The notes under the pieces were generated by a model. It was not told the DNA's origin. It saw only the letters and a program-made list of their open reading frames with translations, and made no database searches. Both the position numbers and the translations under genes were made by a program. DNA of 64,000 nucleotides from Halorussus marinus (GTDB lineage Archaea > Halobacteriota > Halobacteria > Halobacteriales > Haladaptataceae), in NCBI RefSeq assembly GCF_004765795.1, contig NZ_SBIV01000004.1:1-64000 (forward strand). The letters run 5' to 3'. The first letter of the stretch is position 1, and each line of letters opens with the position of its first letter. Of the stretch, positions 9,569-20,907 are shown in pieces.

Positions 9569-10075
9569 ATGTACGACCGGATACTCGTACCCACCGACGG
9601 TTCGACCGACACCGAACGCGCGGTCGAACACGCCGCCGATCTGGCGGCCGCCCACGACGCGGAGCTACACGCGGTGTACGTCGTCAACGCCGCGACGTTC
9701 GCGGGGCTACCGATGGAGACCTCCTGGGAGGGGATCGACGACGTGCTCCGCGGAGAGGGCGAGTCCGCGCTCGACCGGGTCGAGACCATCGCCGACGAGC
9801 GCGACGTCCCGGTCTCGGCCCGACTGCTCGAGGGGTCGCCCAGCAGACGGATCGTGGAGTACGCCGAGGACGAGGGGTGTGATCTGGTCGTGATGGGGAC
9901 CCACGGCCGGGGCGGCATCGACCGCCTGCTCCTGGGAAGCGTCGCCGAGGGGGTCGTCCGGGCGTGCTCGGTCCCAGTGTTGACGGTTCAGGTCGGCGGC
10001 GCCGACGGCGAGCAGGCGGCCTCGGAGACCGAGACCGAGTCGTCGCCCGAAGCGGGCAACGCCACCGTCGAGTGA
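9569..10075 (+). CDS. universal stress protein
   Basis: MYDRILVPTDGS and DLVVMGTHGRGG...LLGSVAE. Confidence 0.95.
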   Translation: MYDRILVPTDGSTDTERAVEHAADLAAAHDAELHAVYVVNAATFAGLPMETSWEGIDDVLRGEGESALDRVETIADERDVPVSARLLEGSPSRRIVEYAEDEGCDLVVMGTHGRGGIDRLLLGSVAEGVVRACSVPVLTVQVGGADGEQAASETETESSPEAGNATVE

Positions 10076-10148
10076 TCGCGCGGCGAACGTCGCCTGCCTC
10101 CCGAATCGAATTCGCGGTCGGGGCGGGGCGCGCCCAGTCCCGACCGGT

Positions 10149-11096
10149 TCAGACGGGCCGGAGGTGCTCGCAGTCGCCGGCGTGGACGCGGACCCGGCCG
10201 TCGTCGGTGTCGATCACGAGCGCGCCGGGGAACGCCACGTCGACCGCCTCGCCGACGATCTCGTCGTCGCCGCGCTCGACGCGCACCCGCTGGCCGAGCG
10301 TGGCGGCCCGCTCGCGCCACGCCTCGACCGCGGCCTCGGGGTCGCGCCGGAGGTCGTCGAACCGCTCCAACAGTCGCTGGACGAAGGCCCGGCGGTCGAC
10401 CGGCCCGGCCTCGGCCTCGATGCTCGTCGCGCCCTCCGGGAGCGTCTCGACCGGGACGTTGGCGTTCACGCCGACCCCGACCACGACCCACGAGACGCTG
10501 TCGGCCTCGCCCTCCATCTCGGTCAGGATGCCCGCGAGCTTCCGACCGCCGCGCTCGCCGTCGCCGTCTCCGTCGCCGACCAGCACGTCGTTCGGCCACT
10601 TGATCTCGGCCGGCACGCCCGCCTCACGGGCGGCGTCGGTCGTCGCGACCGCGGCCGCCAGCGTGAGCGCGGGGGCGTGGGCCGCCGGCAGGTCGGGGCC
10701 GAGCACCAGACTCACCCAGACGCCGCCGCTCGGGGCCGACCACTCCCGGTCGAGCCGGCCGCGCCCGCCCGTCTGCTCGTCGGCCAGCACCGCCACGTCG
10801 ACCGCCCCGTCGGTGGCGAGCTCGCGGGCGCGGTCGTTCGTGCTCCCGATGGCGTCGTGGTACTCCACGGAGAAGGGCGCGTCGAGCCCGAACTCGACGG
10901 CGGGACCGCCGAACTCCGGGACGCCGTCGAGGTCGTAGCCGGCGCCCCCGCCGGTGATCTCGAAGCCCGCCTCCCGGAGCGCCTCGACGTGCTTCCAGAC
11001 CGCGTTCCGCGAGACACCGAGGTCGTCGGCGAGCGCGGGGCCCGTGACTGGGCCGCCGGCGATCCGTTCGAGGACGGCGCGACGGGTGTCGTTCAT
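10149..11096 (-). CDS. birA: biotin--protein ligase with N-terminal HTH
   Basis: LGVSRNAVWKHV HTH, STND, QTGGRGR, KWPND and KLAGIL. Confidence 0.95.
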   Translation of the reverse strand: MNDTRRAVLERIAGGPVTGPALADDLGVSRNAVWKHVEALREAGFEITGGGAGYDLDGVPEFGGPAVEFGLDAPFSVEYHDAIGSTNDRARELATDGAVDVAVLADEQTGGRGRLDREWSAPSGGVWVSLVLGPDLPAAHAPALTLAAAVATTDAAREAGVPAEIKWPNDVLVGDGDGDGERGGRKLAGILTEMEGEADSVSWVVVGVGVNANVPVETLPEGATSIEAEAGPVDRRAFVQRLLERFDDLRRDPEAAVEAWRERAATLGQRVRVERGDDEIVGEAVDVAFPGALVIDTDDGRVRVHAGDCEHLRPV

Positions 11097-11272
11097 GACG
11101 GGTCGTTCGGGCGAACCCACCATGAAGGGTTGGTTTCTCGGTCCGGCCAACCAGAATCGGTACGGCGACTCCGCTGGTCCGTCTCAGTGTCGAGTCCGAC
11201 CGAACGGAGCTGGTACGCGGAGACGCGAATCTAACAACCACCTATTTGTGGGACGGACGGTACGTCTCCGAT

Positions 11273-11377
11273 ATGAATACGGTCTTTCTCGGTATCGCCG
11301 TGGCGTTCGCTATCGGGCTACTCTACTCGCTGGTTCGCATCTCGGTGTACGATGACGTTCCGAACTGGCTCGGGTGA
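11273..11377 (+). CDS. 34-aa single-TM small protein (absent from ORF track)
   Basis: MNTVFLGIAVAFAIGLLYSLVRISVYDDVPNWLG*; TATTT at 11243-11247, about 26-30 nt upstream of the ATG. Confidence 0.6.
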   Translation: MNTVFLGIAVAFAIGLLYSLVRISVYDDVPNWLG

Positions 11378-11499
11378 AAGCGACGAGGGGGTGCCCGGCC
11401 TCGAAAGCTATAGTCGCGACTCGTGGGGCGGGACGAGAGCTGTGACTCACGAGGCGATCCTACGGACGCGGGCGCGTACGGACGGTCAGTGCAGGGCCG

Positions 11500-11784
11500 T
11501 CAGTCGATGTGGCCTTCCTGGCGGAGCTGGTCGGCGTCCTGGTCGGTGTACCGCCACTCGATGTTCGCCTTCTCGTCCTGCCAGTCCCACGGCTCGACGA
11601 CGACGACGTCGCCCTCGCTGATCCAGGTCCGGTACTTCATTCGGCCGGGGATGCGCCCCATCCGGTTCTCGCCGTCCTCGCATCTGACGCGGACGTGGTT
11701 GCCGCCGTTGTGTTCGGTAACCACCGCGAACAGCTCGTCCGAGGAGGGCATACGCAGATTTCGACGTCCAGATTCGTTGCTCAC
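11500..11784 (-). CDS. eif1a: translation initiation factor aIF-1A
   Basis: [41 protein letters not shown]. Confidence 0.96.
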   Translation of the reverse strand: MSNESGRRNLRMPSSDELFAVVTEHNGGNHVRVRCEDGENRMGRIPGRMKYRTWISEGDVVVVEPWDWQDEKANIEWRYTDQDADQLRQEGHID

Positions 11785-12001
11785 ACTTCCACTAAGAACG
11801 GCGCACGGTTAAGTCGTTGGCGTCTCTCGGTAGCTCGTGACACGATCCCGAACTGTGGGCCGTCTGAGAGCCGCGGCCGAGCGCGAACGCCGCTTCTCGC
11901 GGGGGGTTCTACACACCTTAACGCCGATCGCGGACGGGGACTCGCCTCCCGACAGACGGTAGCAGCCGGGTAACAATACGGGCGGCGTCCGTCCGTCCGG
12001 C

Positions 12002-12646
12002 ATGGCTACGCACGAACACCGCCGCCCGAACACCGTCCGCGGGATCGCCGCGGCGCTCGGTCGCATCGTCCTCGTCGTCGCGTTCACCGCGGTCCAGGCC
12101 GCCGCGCTCGCGGTCTGGCTCGGGACGGTCCGGGACGCCCCGGTCGGCTCGGGCTCGCTGGTCGTCGGAATCGCGATCCTGCTCGGGGGACTGGTGGTCG
12201 AACACGCCCTGACCGATCTCGCGGTCAACGGCCGGGCGGCGACCCTCCCCGACGCCGCGTCGGTCGCGGTCGGCGCGGCCGAGGGCGCACTCTGGGCGCT
12301 CTGGCTCGCGGTCGCCGGGCGGGTCGGCGGCGTCGAGGGCGTCCTGTTCGCCGGCGTCGCGCTGGGGGCGACGCTCGTCGTCCACCACACCGTCGAGATC
12401 AACGACCTCCGGGGACGGACCCCCTTCGCGGGCGTGCTCAACCTCGGGACGATCGGCATCAGCGCGGTCGAAGCCGCCGGCGCCACCGCCTGGCTACTCG
12501 TCGTCACGCGACGCGAGGCGGTGGGTCGACTCCTCGAAGCGGTCGGAATCGGGGGCGTCGAGCCCGCGACCGTCGGAGTCGGACTGCTCGCGGTCGCGCT
12601 GTTCGTCGAGCACACCGCCGGCGTCGCGCTCGCGCGCCGGGCGTAG
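12002..12646 (+). CDS. membrane hypothetical protein
   Basis: About six hydrophobic segments with repeated (V)EH helix ends. Confidence 0.75.
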   Translation: MATHEHRRPNTVRGIAAALGRIVLVVAFTAVQAAALAVWLGTVRDAPVGSGSLVVGIAILLGGLVVEHALTDLAVNGRAATLPDAASVAVGAAEGALWALWLAVAGRVGGVEGVLFAGVALGATLVVHHTVEINDLRGRTPFAGVLNLGTIGISAVEAAGATAWLLVVTRREAVGRLLEAVGIGGVEPATVGVGLLAVALFVEHTAGVALARRA

Positions 12647-12658
12647 CCCCGACGCGAG

Positions 12659-14488
12659 CTACTCGATGACGACCAGCACGTCGCCCATGTCGACGCTGTC
12701 GCCCTCGCCGACCGCGACCTGCGTGACGGTGCCGCCCCGCGAGGCCACCACGTCGTTCTCCATCTTCATCGCCTCCAGCACGCAGACCACGTCGCCAGAC
12801 GCGACCTCGTCGCCCTCGGCAACGGTCACGTCGAGGATCGTGCCCTGCATCTCGGCGGTGACGCTCTCGCCCTCGGCGTCGGCGGCCGCGCCGCCGCTCG
12901 CTTCGTCGTCGCCGCCGGCGGGCTCGGGCTTCTGGCCGCCGCCGGCGTCGGCGGTGGGGATCGCCGCGGCGCCGCGCTCTTCGAGGTCGACCTCGAAGCG
13001 CTTGCCGTTGACCTCGACCGTGAACTCGCGCTCGAGGACCTCCTCGTCGTCGGCCGTCGACTCGGTGTCGGTGCCCCACCGCTCCTGGGCGGCCGCGATC
13101 CGGTCCTGATCGAGGTGGTGGTCGAGGTACTTGGTGGTGTGGGTGCCAGCGACGAACGCCTCGTCGTCGAGCATCAGCCGGTGGAACGGGATGATCGTCG
13201 GGATCCCCTCGACCTCGTACTCCGCGAGCGCGCGCTCCGAGCGGGCCAGACACTCCTCGCGGTCCGCGCCGTGGACGATTAGCTTGGCGACCATCGAGTC
13301 GTAGTCGGTCACCAAGTCGTCGCCCTGCCGGAGCGCGTCGTCGAGGCGCACGCCGATGCCGCCCGGGGGGTCGTAGGTCTCCAGCCGGCCGCCGGTGGCG
13401 GGCGCGAAGTCGTCGGCGGCGTGCTCGGCGTTGATACGGAACTCCATCGCGTGGCCCTCCAGTTCGACCTCGTCCTGAGAGAACTGAAGCTCCTCGCCGG
13501 CCGCGACCCGGAGCTGGGCCTTCACGATGTCGATCCCGGTCAGCTCCTCGGTCACGGTGTGTTCGACCTGAATCCGGGTGTTGACTTCGAGGAAGTAGAA
13601 GTCGGTGTCGGCGCCCAGCAGTTCGCCCGCCTCCCGGTCGGGGTCCTCCTCGACGAGGAACTCGAAGGTGCCGGCGTTGTAGTAGCCCGCGGCGTCGGCG
13701 CCCCGCCGGGCCGCCTCGGCGATCCGCTCGCGGAGTTCGTCGGTCAGCGCGGGCGAGGGCCCCTCCTCGATCACCTTCTGGTGGCGCCGCTGGAGCGAGC
13801 AGTCCCGCTCGCCGAGATGCCGGACGTTGCCGTGTTTGTCGGCGACGATCTGAACCTCGATGTGGCGGGGGTTCTCGAGGTAGCGTTCGAGATAGACGTT
13901 GTCGTTGTCGAAGTACGCCTCGCCCTCGCGCTCGGCCGATTCGAGTTGCTCGTCGGCCTCCTCGGGGCCTCGGACGACCTTCATCCCGCGTCCGCCCCCG
14001 CCGCCCTCGGCCTTGATCGCGATGGGGTAGCCGTGCTCGTCGCCGAACTCGGTGACCTCCGCCGGGTCCTCGACGGGGTCGGTGGTGCCGGGCACGATGG
14101 GGACGTCGGCGTCCCGCATCGTCTTGCGAGCGTGGGTCTTCTCGCCGAGTTGCTCCATCGAGTCGGCCGAGGGGCCGACCCACGTCACGCCCTCGGTCGC
14201 CTCGACTTTCGCGGCGAACTCGGCGTTCTCCGCGAGGAAGCCGTAGCCGGGGTGGACGGCGTCGGCGCCCGCTTTCTCTGCGGCCTCGACGACCGCGTCG
14301 TGGTCGAGATACGAGTCGGCCGCCCGGGCGGGACCCACGTTGTACGCCTCGTCGGCGTACCGGACGTGACCGGCGTCCTTGTCGGCCTCGCTGTAGACGG
14401 CGACCGTCTCGACTCCCAACTCCTCGCACGCTCGCATCACGCGGACGGCGATTTCGCCGCGATTGGCGACGAGCACCTTGTCGAACAT
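12659..14488 (-). CDS. pccA: acetyl/propionyl-CoA carboxylase, biotin carboxylase fused to biotin carrier
   Basis: [33 protein letters not shown] and EAMKM biotinylation site. Confidence 0.96.
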   Translation of the reverse strand: MFDKVLVANRGEIAVRVMRACEELGVETVAVYSEADKDAGHVRYADEAYNVGPARAADSYLDHDAVVEAAEKAGADAVHPGYGFLAENAEFAAKVEATEGVTWVGPSADSMEQLGEKTHARKTMRDADVPIVPGTTDPVEDPAEVTEFGDEHGYPIAIKAEGGGGGRGMKVVRGPEEADEQLESAEREGEAYFDNDNVYLERYLENPRHIEVQIVADKHGNVRHLGERDCSLQRRHQKVIEEGPSPALTDELRERIAEAARRGADAAGYYNAGTFEFLVEEDPDREAGELLGADTDFYFLEVNTRIQVEHTVTEELTGIDIVKAQLRVAAGEELQFSQDEVELEGHAMEFRINAEHAADDFAPATGGRLETYDPPGGIGVRLDDALRQGDDLVTDYDSMVAKLIVHGADREECLARSERALAEYEVEGIPTIIPFHRLMLDDEAFVAGTHTTKYLDHHLDQDRIAAAQERWGTDTESTADDEEVLEREFTVEVNGKRFEVDLEERGAAAIPTADAGGGQKPEPAGGDDEASGGAAADAEGESVTAEMQGTILDVTVAEGDEVASGDVVCVLEAMKMENDVVASRGGTVTQVAVGEGDSVDMGDVLVVIE

Positions 14489-14626
14489 TGTTGCCGGCAA
14501 ATATTCGGGAGGGATACCTCATTCTGTCGGTTCCCGACGGCGCCGACGCGATCGCTCGCCCGATTGGTCGCCGATCTCACACCACGCGAACGCTTATCTG
14601 TCGCTCGCCAGTCAGTCCCGGTGAGG

Positions 14627-15454
14627 ATGACCGACGAGGATCTGGACCCCGAACGGTACTACGACGAGTTCGCCGAGAGCGAGTGGGATCGTCTCGACCG
14701 GGACCCCGTGACCCGGATGGAGTTCGACAACACCACCGACTACCTCGCCGACCGGCTCCCCGAGTCGGGACGGGTCCTCGACGCCGGCGGCGGCCCCGGC
14801 CGGTACGCCTGCTGGCTGGCCGAGCGAGGCTACGAGGTCGAACACTGCGATCTGAGCCACGAACAGGTCGCCATCGCCCGCGAGAAGCTCGCCGACCGCG
14901 GCCTCGGGGACGCGGTGACCTGCCGGCAGGCCGACCTCCGCACGCTCCCGTTCGAAACCGATTCGTTCGACGCCGTCTGCTGTCTCGGCGGCCCGCTGAG
15001 CCACGTCGTCGACGGCGACGAGCGCGCCCGAGCGACCAGAGAACTCCGTCGGGTCGCCCGCCCGGACGCCCCCGCCTTCGTCTCGGTGATCGGCCGGCTG
15101 GCGATGCTCCGAGACATTTTGACCTTCTCGGTCGAGGAGGCCCACGGCCTGCTCGCGCCCGTCGCGGCCGACGGCGACTACACCGCCGAACGGGTCCGGG
15201 AGTTCGCCGACGGCGAGGGGTGGGCCGAGTGCCACGGCTTCCGCGTCGACGAGTTCGAGGCGGAACTGGTCGACGCCGACTTCGAGGTCGAGACGCTGGT
15301 CGGACTCGAGAACGTCGCCGCCCGGACCAAACGCGAGCTGTCGGCGGCCGACGACGAGGCGGTCGCGGACGTCCGGGCCGTCGTCCGACGGCTCCGGGAA
15401 GACCGGACCGCGGTCGACGTCTCCGAGCACATGCTCGCGGTCTGTCGGGCGTGA
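14627..15454 (+). CDS. class I SAM-dependent methyltransferase
   Basis: VLDAGGGPGRY and SFDAV; true ATG at 14627. Confidence 0.9.
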   Translation: MTDEDLDPERYYDEFAESEWDRLDRDPVTRMEFDNTTDYLADRLPESGRVLDAGGGPGRYACWLAERGYEVEHCDLSHEQVAIAREKLADRGLGDAVTCRQADLRTLPFETDSFDAVCCLGGPLSHVVDGDERARATRELRRVARPDAPAFVSVIGRLAMLRDILTFSVEEAHGLLAPVAADGDYTAERVREFADGEGWAECHGFRVDEFEAELVDADFEVETLVGLENVAARTKRELSAADDEAVADVRAVVRRLREDRTAVDVSEHMLAVCRA

Positions 15455-15521
15455 CCGGCGCCTCGCCGGGACCTGCCCAGCGAGCCGAACGTATTAGTCG
15501 GTGGCTCCGAGTAGACCGGAC

Positions 15522-15680
15522 ATGGTCTCGCGCGAGAACAAGATCATCGCGGCGTGCGTCCTGCTCACGATTCCGCTCTACTTCGGGGTCGCCGCCGTCG
15601 AGGCGCTGCCAGACTGGAGCGGGTACGCCGTGCTGTTCGTCTTCGGCGTCCTCCTGCCGACCGTACTGACCAATCGGTAG
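15522..15680 (+). CDS. 52-aa two-TM small protein (absent from ORF track)
   Basis: MVSRENKIIAACVLLTIPLYFGVAAVEALPDWSGYAVLFVFGVLLPTVLTNR*; TATTA about 25-30 nt upstream. Confidence 0.7.
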   Translation: MVSRENKIIAACVLLTIPLYFGVAAVEALPDWSGYAVLFVFGVLLPTVLTNR

Positions 15681-15695
15681 CCTCGGCCGAGGCGG

Positions 15696-16772
15696 TCACG
15701 CGCCCTCGCGGTCCGGACGGGACCCGAGTTCGAGGTCGACGGTGCGCTCGCGCCCGTCCCGGAGGACGGCGAGTTCGACGGTCTCGCCCGGCGACGCCCG
15801 GAGCGCGAGGTAGCTCCCGAGGTCCTCGGCGGTCGAGAGGTCGGCGTCGCCGATCGCGAGCATCACGTCGCCGCCGACCGGGACCCGGACGCCGTCGATC
15901 GTCTCCAGGTCGCTCTCTCGGAGCGTGCCGTCGCTGGGGCCGTCCTCGAGGACGTCGACCGCGATCAGCCCCTCGGAGTCCTCGAGGTCGTTCGCCCGGG
16001 CGACCGACGGGGTGACCGGGCTGAACGACACCCCCATGTAGGCGTGGTCGTACTCGCCGCGCTCGATCAGTTCGGGGACGACCCGCTGGGTCAGCGCCGC
16101 CGAGATACCGAACGCGATGTTGTCCCCGCCCCCGGAGTTGATCACGCCGACGACCCGGCCGTCGAGCGACACCAGCGGCCCGCCGCTGTTGCCCGGGTTG
16201 ACCGCCGCGTCGGTCTGGACCGCGTCGGGGATGCGGTAGCCGGTCGGGGCCGGGATCGAGCGATCGGTCCCGCTGACGACTCCCGTCGTGAGCGACCCGT
16301 TCAGGTTGTACGGGTTGCCGATGGCGACGACCTCCTGACCGATGGTGGGTTCGCCCTCGATAAAGGGGAGCGGCGAGGCGCTCTCGGGCGTCTCCGCGAC
16401 CGCGACGGCGGCCAGATCGCTGTGTCGGTCCCGACCGACGACCTCGCCCCGACTCCACTCGTCGCTGGCGAACCGGACCTCCGCGGTCGACGCGCGGCCG
16501 ACGACGTGGGCGTTCGTGACGACGTGCGAGTCGTCGAACACGAACCCGGTCCCCTGTCCCCCGCCGGTCCTGACGAGAACGACCGAGTCGACGACCTCCC
16601 GGTACACCCGGGTGTAGGGGCTCTCGGACGACGCCGAATCGGTCGTCGGGTCGGGACTCGACTGGGTCGCCTCCTGGCCCGGTGCGGAGGCGTTACACCC
16701 TGCGAGTCCGGTCCCCAGCGCGGTGGCGCCGAGCGCGAGGAATCGGCGGCGGCTGAACGTCGGATCAGGCAT
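15696..16772 (-). CDS. HtrA/DegP-like serine protease, Tat lipoprotein
   Basis: SRRRFL and LAGC lipobox; TNAHV, SDLA and GNSGGPL; C-terminal PDZ-like region. Confidence 0.93.
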   Translation of the reverse strand: MPDPTFSRRRFLALGATALGTGLAGCNASAPGQEATQSSPDPTTDSASSESPYTRVYREVVDSVVLVRTGGGQGTGFVFDDSHVVTNAHVVGRASTAEVRFASDEWSRGEVVGRDRHSDLAAVAVAETPESASPLPFIEGEPTIGQEVVAIGNPYNLNGSLTTGVVSGTDRSIPAPTGYRIPDAVQTDAAVNPGNSGGPLVSLDGRVVGVINSGGGDNIAFGISAALTQRVVPELIERGEYDHAYMGVSFSPVTPSVARANDLEDSEGLIAVDVLEDGPSDGTLRESDLETIDGVRVPVGGDVMLAIGDADLSTAEDLGSYLALRASPGETVELAVLRDGRERTVDLELGSRPDREGA

Positions 16773-16827
16773 TTCCGTCCGGCCGTTAGGGCTCGCGACT
16801 CGTATACTTTGTCGGACGCGCGGAGAG

Positions 16828-17157
16828 TCAGAACCGATCGGACCGCCCCGAGGCGGTCCACGCGTCGGTCGGCGCGCTCCGGGGGACGCGCCCGTCTCGG
16901 CCCGTCAGACTCCGGAGTCGGCCCGCGAACGACCACCGCTTGCCCTCCCACGACTCCTCGTCGGCGTCGGCGGCCGCGGCGGCCGCCTCCCGGGCTCGGA
17001 GGTGGGCGCCGATGGCGGCCGCGATGGCCGCGGCCTCCTCGTCGGTCGCGTCGTCGGGGACGGTCAGGGCGCCGTCGAGCGCCGCGGCCTCGTCGGTCGG
17101 CGCCCGCCCGTCGTCGCCGGACTCCTCGGCGGGGTCCTCAGAGCGGGATGTTGCCAT
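16828..17157 (-). CDS. small acyl-CoA carboxylase accessory subunit (PccX-like)
   Basis: Overlaps the pccB stop; [12 protein letters not shown]...W...RW.FAGR...W..SGR pattern. Confidence 0.8.
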   Translation of the reverse strand: MATSRSEDPAEESGDDGRAPTDEAAALDGALTVPDDATDEEAAAIAAAIGAHLRAREAAAAAADADEESWEGKRWSFAGRLRSLTGRDGRVPRSAPTDAWTASGRSDRF

Positions 17158-18688
17158 GTTTCTTGTCGGGCTGGGCGTCGCGCTTGCTCGCGAGCAGTTC
17201 GAGGTCCTCGATCAGCCGCGGGCGGGTCTCGGTCGGTTCGAGCACGTCGTCGACGAACCCGCGGTCGGCCGCGGTGTAGGGGTTGGCGAACTCCTCGCGA
17301 TACTCCTCGATGAGCTCCTCGCGGCGGGCCTCGGTGTCGTCGGCCGCGTCGAGTTCGTCGCTGTAGAGGACGTTGACCGCGCCCTTCGGCCCCATCACCG
17401 CGATCTCGGCGGTCGGCCACGCGTAGTTGACGTCCGCCCCGATGTGCTTGGAAGCCATCACGTCGTAGGCGCCGCCGTAGGCCTTCCGGGTGATGACCGT
17501 CAACAGCGGCACGGTGGCCTCCGAGTAGGCGTACAGGAGCTTCGCGCCGTGGCGGATGATGCCGCCGTGCTCCTGATCGGTGCCGGGCATGAAGCCGGGC
17601 ACGTCGACGAAGGTGACGATCGGGATGTTGAACGAGTCGCAAAACCGCACGAACCGGGCGGCCTTCTCGCTGGCCTCGATGTCGAGGGTGCCGGCGTTGA
17701 CGCGGGGCTGGTTCGCCACGACGCCGACCGACCGGCCGTCGAGCCGCGAGAATCCGATCACCATGTTCTTGGCGTACCCCTCCTGGACCTCGAAAAAGGA
17801 GTCCTCGTCGACGACGCCCTCGATCACCCGCTTCATGTCGTAGGGCTTCTTGGGCTGGTCGGGGACCACGCTGGTGAGCGCCTCGTCGCGGCGCTCGGGG
17901 TCGTCCCACGGCTCGACCCGCGGCGGGTCCTCGACGTTGTTCTGAGGGACGTACGACAGCAGACGGCGGATGTCATCGAGCGCCTGCTTCTCGTCGGCTT
18001 CCGAGAAGTGCGAGACCCCGCTGGTCGACTCGTGGGTCTTCGCGCCCCCGAGTTCCTCGAAGGAGACCTGCTCGCCCGTCACCGTCTCGATGACGTCCGG
18101 GCCGGTGATGAACATGTGGCTGGTGTCCTCGACCATGAAGATGAAGTCGGTGATGGCGGGCGAGTAGACCGCGCCGCCGGCACACGGCCCCATGATCGCC
18201 GAGATCTGGGGGATGACGCCCGACGCCTCGGTGTTGCGCCGGAAGATCTCGGCGTAGCCCGCGAGCGAGGCGACCCCCTCCTGAATCCGGGCGCCGGCCG
18301 AGTCGTTGAGCCCGATGACGGGCGCGCCCACCTCCATCGCCTTGTCCATCACCTTACAGACCTTCTCGGCGAACACCTCGCCGAGCGAGCCTCCGAAGAC
18401 GGTGAAGTCGTGGGCGAACACGAACGTCTTTCGCCCGTTGACCTCGCCGTAGCCGGTGATCACGCCGTCGCCTTTGATCTGTTTTTCCTCCATCCCGAAG
18501 TTGTGGCTCCGGTGGGTCCGGAGCTGGTCGAACTCGTTGAACGTGCCGTCGTCGAGGAAGTAGTCGATGCGCTCGCGCGCGGTCATCTTACCCTTCTCGT
18601 GTTGGGACTCGATGCGGTCTTCCCCGCCGCCGAGAAGCGCCTCCTCGCGGAGCTGTCGCAGCTCGTCGAGCTTGTCCTCCATCGTCAC
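17138..18688 (-). CDS. pccB: acyl-CoA carboxylase carboxyltransferase beta subunit
   Basis: [37 protein letters not shown] and KKHGNIPL; start is GTG 18688 or ATG 18682. Confidence 0.96.
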   Translation of the reverse strand: MTMEDKLDELRQLREEALLGGGEDRIESQHEKGKMTARERIDYFLDDGTFNEFDQLRTHRSHNFGMEEKQIKGDGVITGYGEVNGRKTFVFAHDFTVFGGSLGEVFAEKVCKVMDKAMEVGAPVIGLNDSAGARIQEGVASLAGYAEIFRRNTEASGVIPQISAIMGPCAGGAVYSPAITDFIFMVEDTSHMFITGPDVIETVTGEQVSFEELGGAKTHESTSGVSHFSEADEKQALDDIRRLLSYVPQNNVEDPPRVEPWDDPERRDEALTSVVPDQPKKPYDMKRVIEGVVDEDSFFEVQEGYAKNMVIGFSRLDGRSVGVVANQPRVNAGTLDIEASEKAARFVRFCDSFNIPIVTFVDVPGFMPGTDQEHGGIIRHGAKLLYAYSEATVPLLTVITRKAYGGAYDVMASKHIGADVNYAWPTAEIAVMGPKGAVNVLYSDELDAADDTEARREELIEEYREEFANPYTAADRGFVDDVLEPTETRPRLIEDLELLASKRDAQPDKKHGNIPL

Positions 18689-18805
18689 GGTCGATCCCTC
18701 CGATGGCTACTCATCGGCCGAGTGGAGGACCACGGCGCGGAAAAGCGTTGCTAAAAGGAGGTTCGACGCGGACGGCCGACGGTCTCGCCCGCGCGTTCGG
18801 CCCGA

Positions 18806-19192
18806 TCAGGCCGACGTTTCCGTCTCGGCGAGCACGCTCCGGAGCGCCGAGCCAAGCTCCTTGAACAGGTCCATCTCCATCTCGTCGGTGGTCACGAACG
18901 CGCCGTGGTCGCCGACGATGACGCGGGTGAGAAACCCCCGGTCGAACACGCGCATCGTGAACTGGTAGTCGCCGAGCTCGGTGTCCTGATACAGCGACTG
19001 GGAGTGAAACCCCAGCCGCTCGTTGTCGGCGAACCCCACGAGGTCGGCGTCGGACTCGAGGTCGCTCCGGAGGTAGAGCTGTTGCTCGGCGTCTTCGGTG
19101 AAGTACGTCACGCTCCTGAGCTCGTCGCCGACGGCCGTCCGGCACGCGCTCACGAGCTGGTCTTCGAGGTCGGCAGGTGGTGTGTCCGCCAT
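18806..19192 (-). CDS. conserved haloarchaeal hypothetical protein
   Basis: CRTAVGDELRSVTYF....LYLRSDL; ATG at 19192. Confidence 0.8.
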   Translation of the reverse strand: MADTPPADLEDQLVSACRTAVGDELRSVTYFTEDAEQQLYLRSDLESDADLVGFADNERLGFHSQSLYQDTELGDYQFTMRVFDRGFLTRVIVGDHGAFVTTDEMEMDLFKELGSALRSVLAETETSA

Positions 19193-19289
19193 GTTTGTAC
19201 GTTTCTCCCACAGTCTCAAAAGTGCTTGTGGCGTCGCCGACACGTAGGAATCGGCGCCGGGAGTTTTGATTCGGCCGGGCCGACCGCGT

Positions 19290-20258
19290 TCAGGTCCAGT
19301 GGGCCTCGCCGGGCTGGTCGCGGAACACCGCCCGCTGGAGCAGGGCGACCGCCTTTTCGAGCCCCTCGTTCGAGCTGGTCAGCGAATCCTCGTGTTCGAT
19401 CGAGAGCGCGCCGTCGTAGCCGATCATCCGCAGGGTGCTCACCACGTCCTTCCAGTGGTCCTCGCCGTGGCCGTAGCCGACCGACCGGAACAGCCACGAC
19501 CGGTCGGCCTCCTCGTCGTACGGCGCGGTGTCGAGCACGCCCTTGTACCGCGAATTGGCCTCGTAGATCTTCGTGTCCTTGGCGTGGACGTGGTGGACGG
19601 CGTCGTGTTCGCCGAGGACGCGGATCGCGTCGGTCACGTCGATCCCCTGCCAGTAGAGGTGGCTCGGATCGAAGTTCGCGCCGACCCGGTCGTTGGTCGC
19701 CGCCCGCAATCTGAGCAGGCCGGTCGGCTCGTACACCAGCATGTTGGGGTGCATCTCGATCGCGAGGTCGACGCCCCTGTCGGCGGCGTATTCGGCGACC
19801 TCCGACCAGTAGGGGATCGCGACCTCCTCCCACTGGTACTCGTGGGCGTCGGCGTGCTCGGGGGGCCACGGCGCAGTGATCCAGTTGGGCACCTCGTCGT
19901 TCGGGCCGCCGGCGGGCAGTCCCGAGAAGCAGGTGACGGTTCCGACGTCGAGCTGGTCGGCGAGCCCGATCGCCTCCCGGAGCTCGGTGTCGGCCGCCGC
20001 GGCGGTCTCCTCGTCGGGGTGGAGCGGGTTGTTGTGGGTCGCGAGCGCGGAGATCCGCATCTCGTACTCGTCGAGGCGGTCGGCCAGCTCCCGCTGGGCC
20101 GCCTCGTCGTCGAGGTACTCCTCGCGGGGGAGGTGGTCGTCGCCCGGGTGGCCGCCGACGCCGGGCTCGACGGCGTCGACGCCGATGCCGTGGAGGTACG
20201 CCAGCGCGTCGTCGAGCGACTCGCCGTACAGCGGTGGTGTGTGAACGCCGATGTCCAT
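19290..20258 (-). CDS. sugar phosphate isomerase/epimerase (IolE/AP-endo-2 TIM barrel)
   Basis: AIEMHP, NFDPSH, HVHAKD and SIEHED metal ligands. Confidence 0.92.
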   Translation of the reverse strand: MDIGVHTPPLYGESLDDALAYLHGIGVDAVEPGVGGHPGDDHLPREEYLDDEAAQRELADRLDEYEMRISALATHNNPLHPDEETAAAADTELREAIGLADQLDVGTVTCFSGLPAGGPNDEVPNWITAPWPPEHADAHEYQWEEVAIPYWSEVAEYAADRGVDLAIEMHPNMLVYEPTGLLRLRAATNDRVGANFDPSHLYWQGIDVTDAIRVLGEHDAVHHVHAKDTKIYEANSRYKGVLDTAPYDEEADRSWLFRSVGYGHGEDHWKDVVSTLRMIGYDGALSIEHEDSLTSSNEGLEKAVALLQRAVFRDQPGEAHWT

Positions 20259-20301
20259 ACGCCCACTCCACCACGGACGGCGTGAATAAGATTACGGGGC
20301 G

Positions 20302-20802
20302 TCAGGTCTCCTCGACCAGCGTCACGTCGAGGCGCTGTTCGAGCGCCCGCACGACCGATCCGCCGACGTTCGCCTGATTCGCCCGCCCCTGCTCGACAGC
20401 GAGCAGGTCGTTTTCCGCGAGGTCGAGTTCCTCGGCTAACTCCTCGCGCTGGAGGCCCTCGTCCTGTCGGGCGCTCTCGACTGCCTCGCCGTAGTCGGCG
20501 ACCAGATACGGGAGCGGGTCGTCGTCGTAGTTGGTGCCTTTCTCCTCCCAGTGAGTCGAATCGTCGTTGTAGACGCCGCTTGCCTTCGCGGTGTTCCGAG
20601 CCGCCCGGCGCTTGCGGTCGCCGTCGGTCTCGCGGCCGGTCGTCTTCGCGTTGTCGTTGTGCGAGTCCGCACACTCCGAGCAGACCCGGAGCTGGGCGCC
20701 CGCCACGTTGGCCTCGGTCAGCGAGTCGCTCGACGTGCCACAGAGTTCGCACGCGCCGCTGTCGCCACCGCCGGACGATCCGCCCGTGGAGTACTTCGCC
20801 AT
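20302..20802 (-). CDS. MBF1-like Zn-ribbon/HTH protein
   Basis: CELCG...VCSEC ribbon and C-terminal Cro/C1-type HTH; ATG at 20802. Confidence 0.88.
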   Translation of the reverse strand: MAKYSTGGSSGGGDSGACELCGTSSDSLTEANVAGAQLRVCSECADSHNDNAKTTGRETDGDRKRRAARNTAKASGVYNDDSTHWEEKGTNYDDDPLPYLVADYGEAVESARQDEGLQREELAEELDLAENDLLAVEQGRANQANVGGSVVRALEQRLDVTLVEET

Positions 20803-20907
20803 GAGGGCTATTACGCAGACGACGCATTTGAATACCGGGATTGTGATCGGGTCCCCGCCGCCGGAGTAAGATTCATACCGGTCCCGTTCGTAGTTAGATC
20901 GATACGC

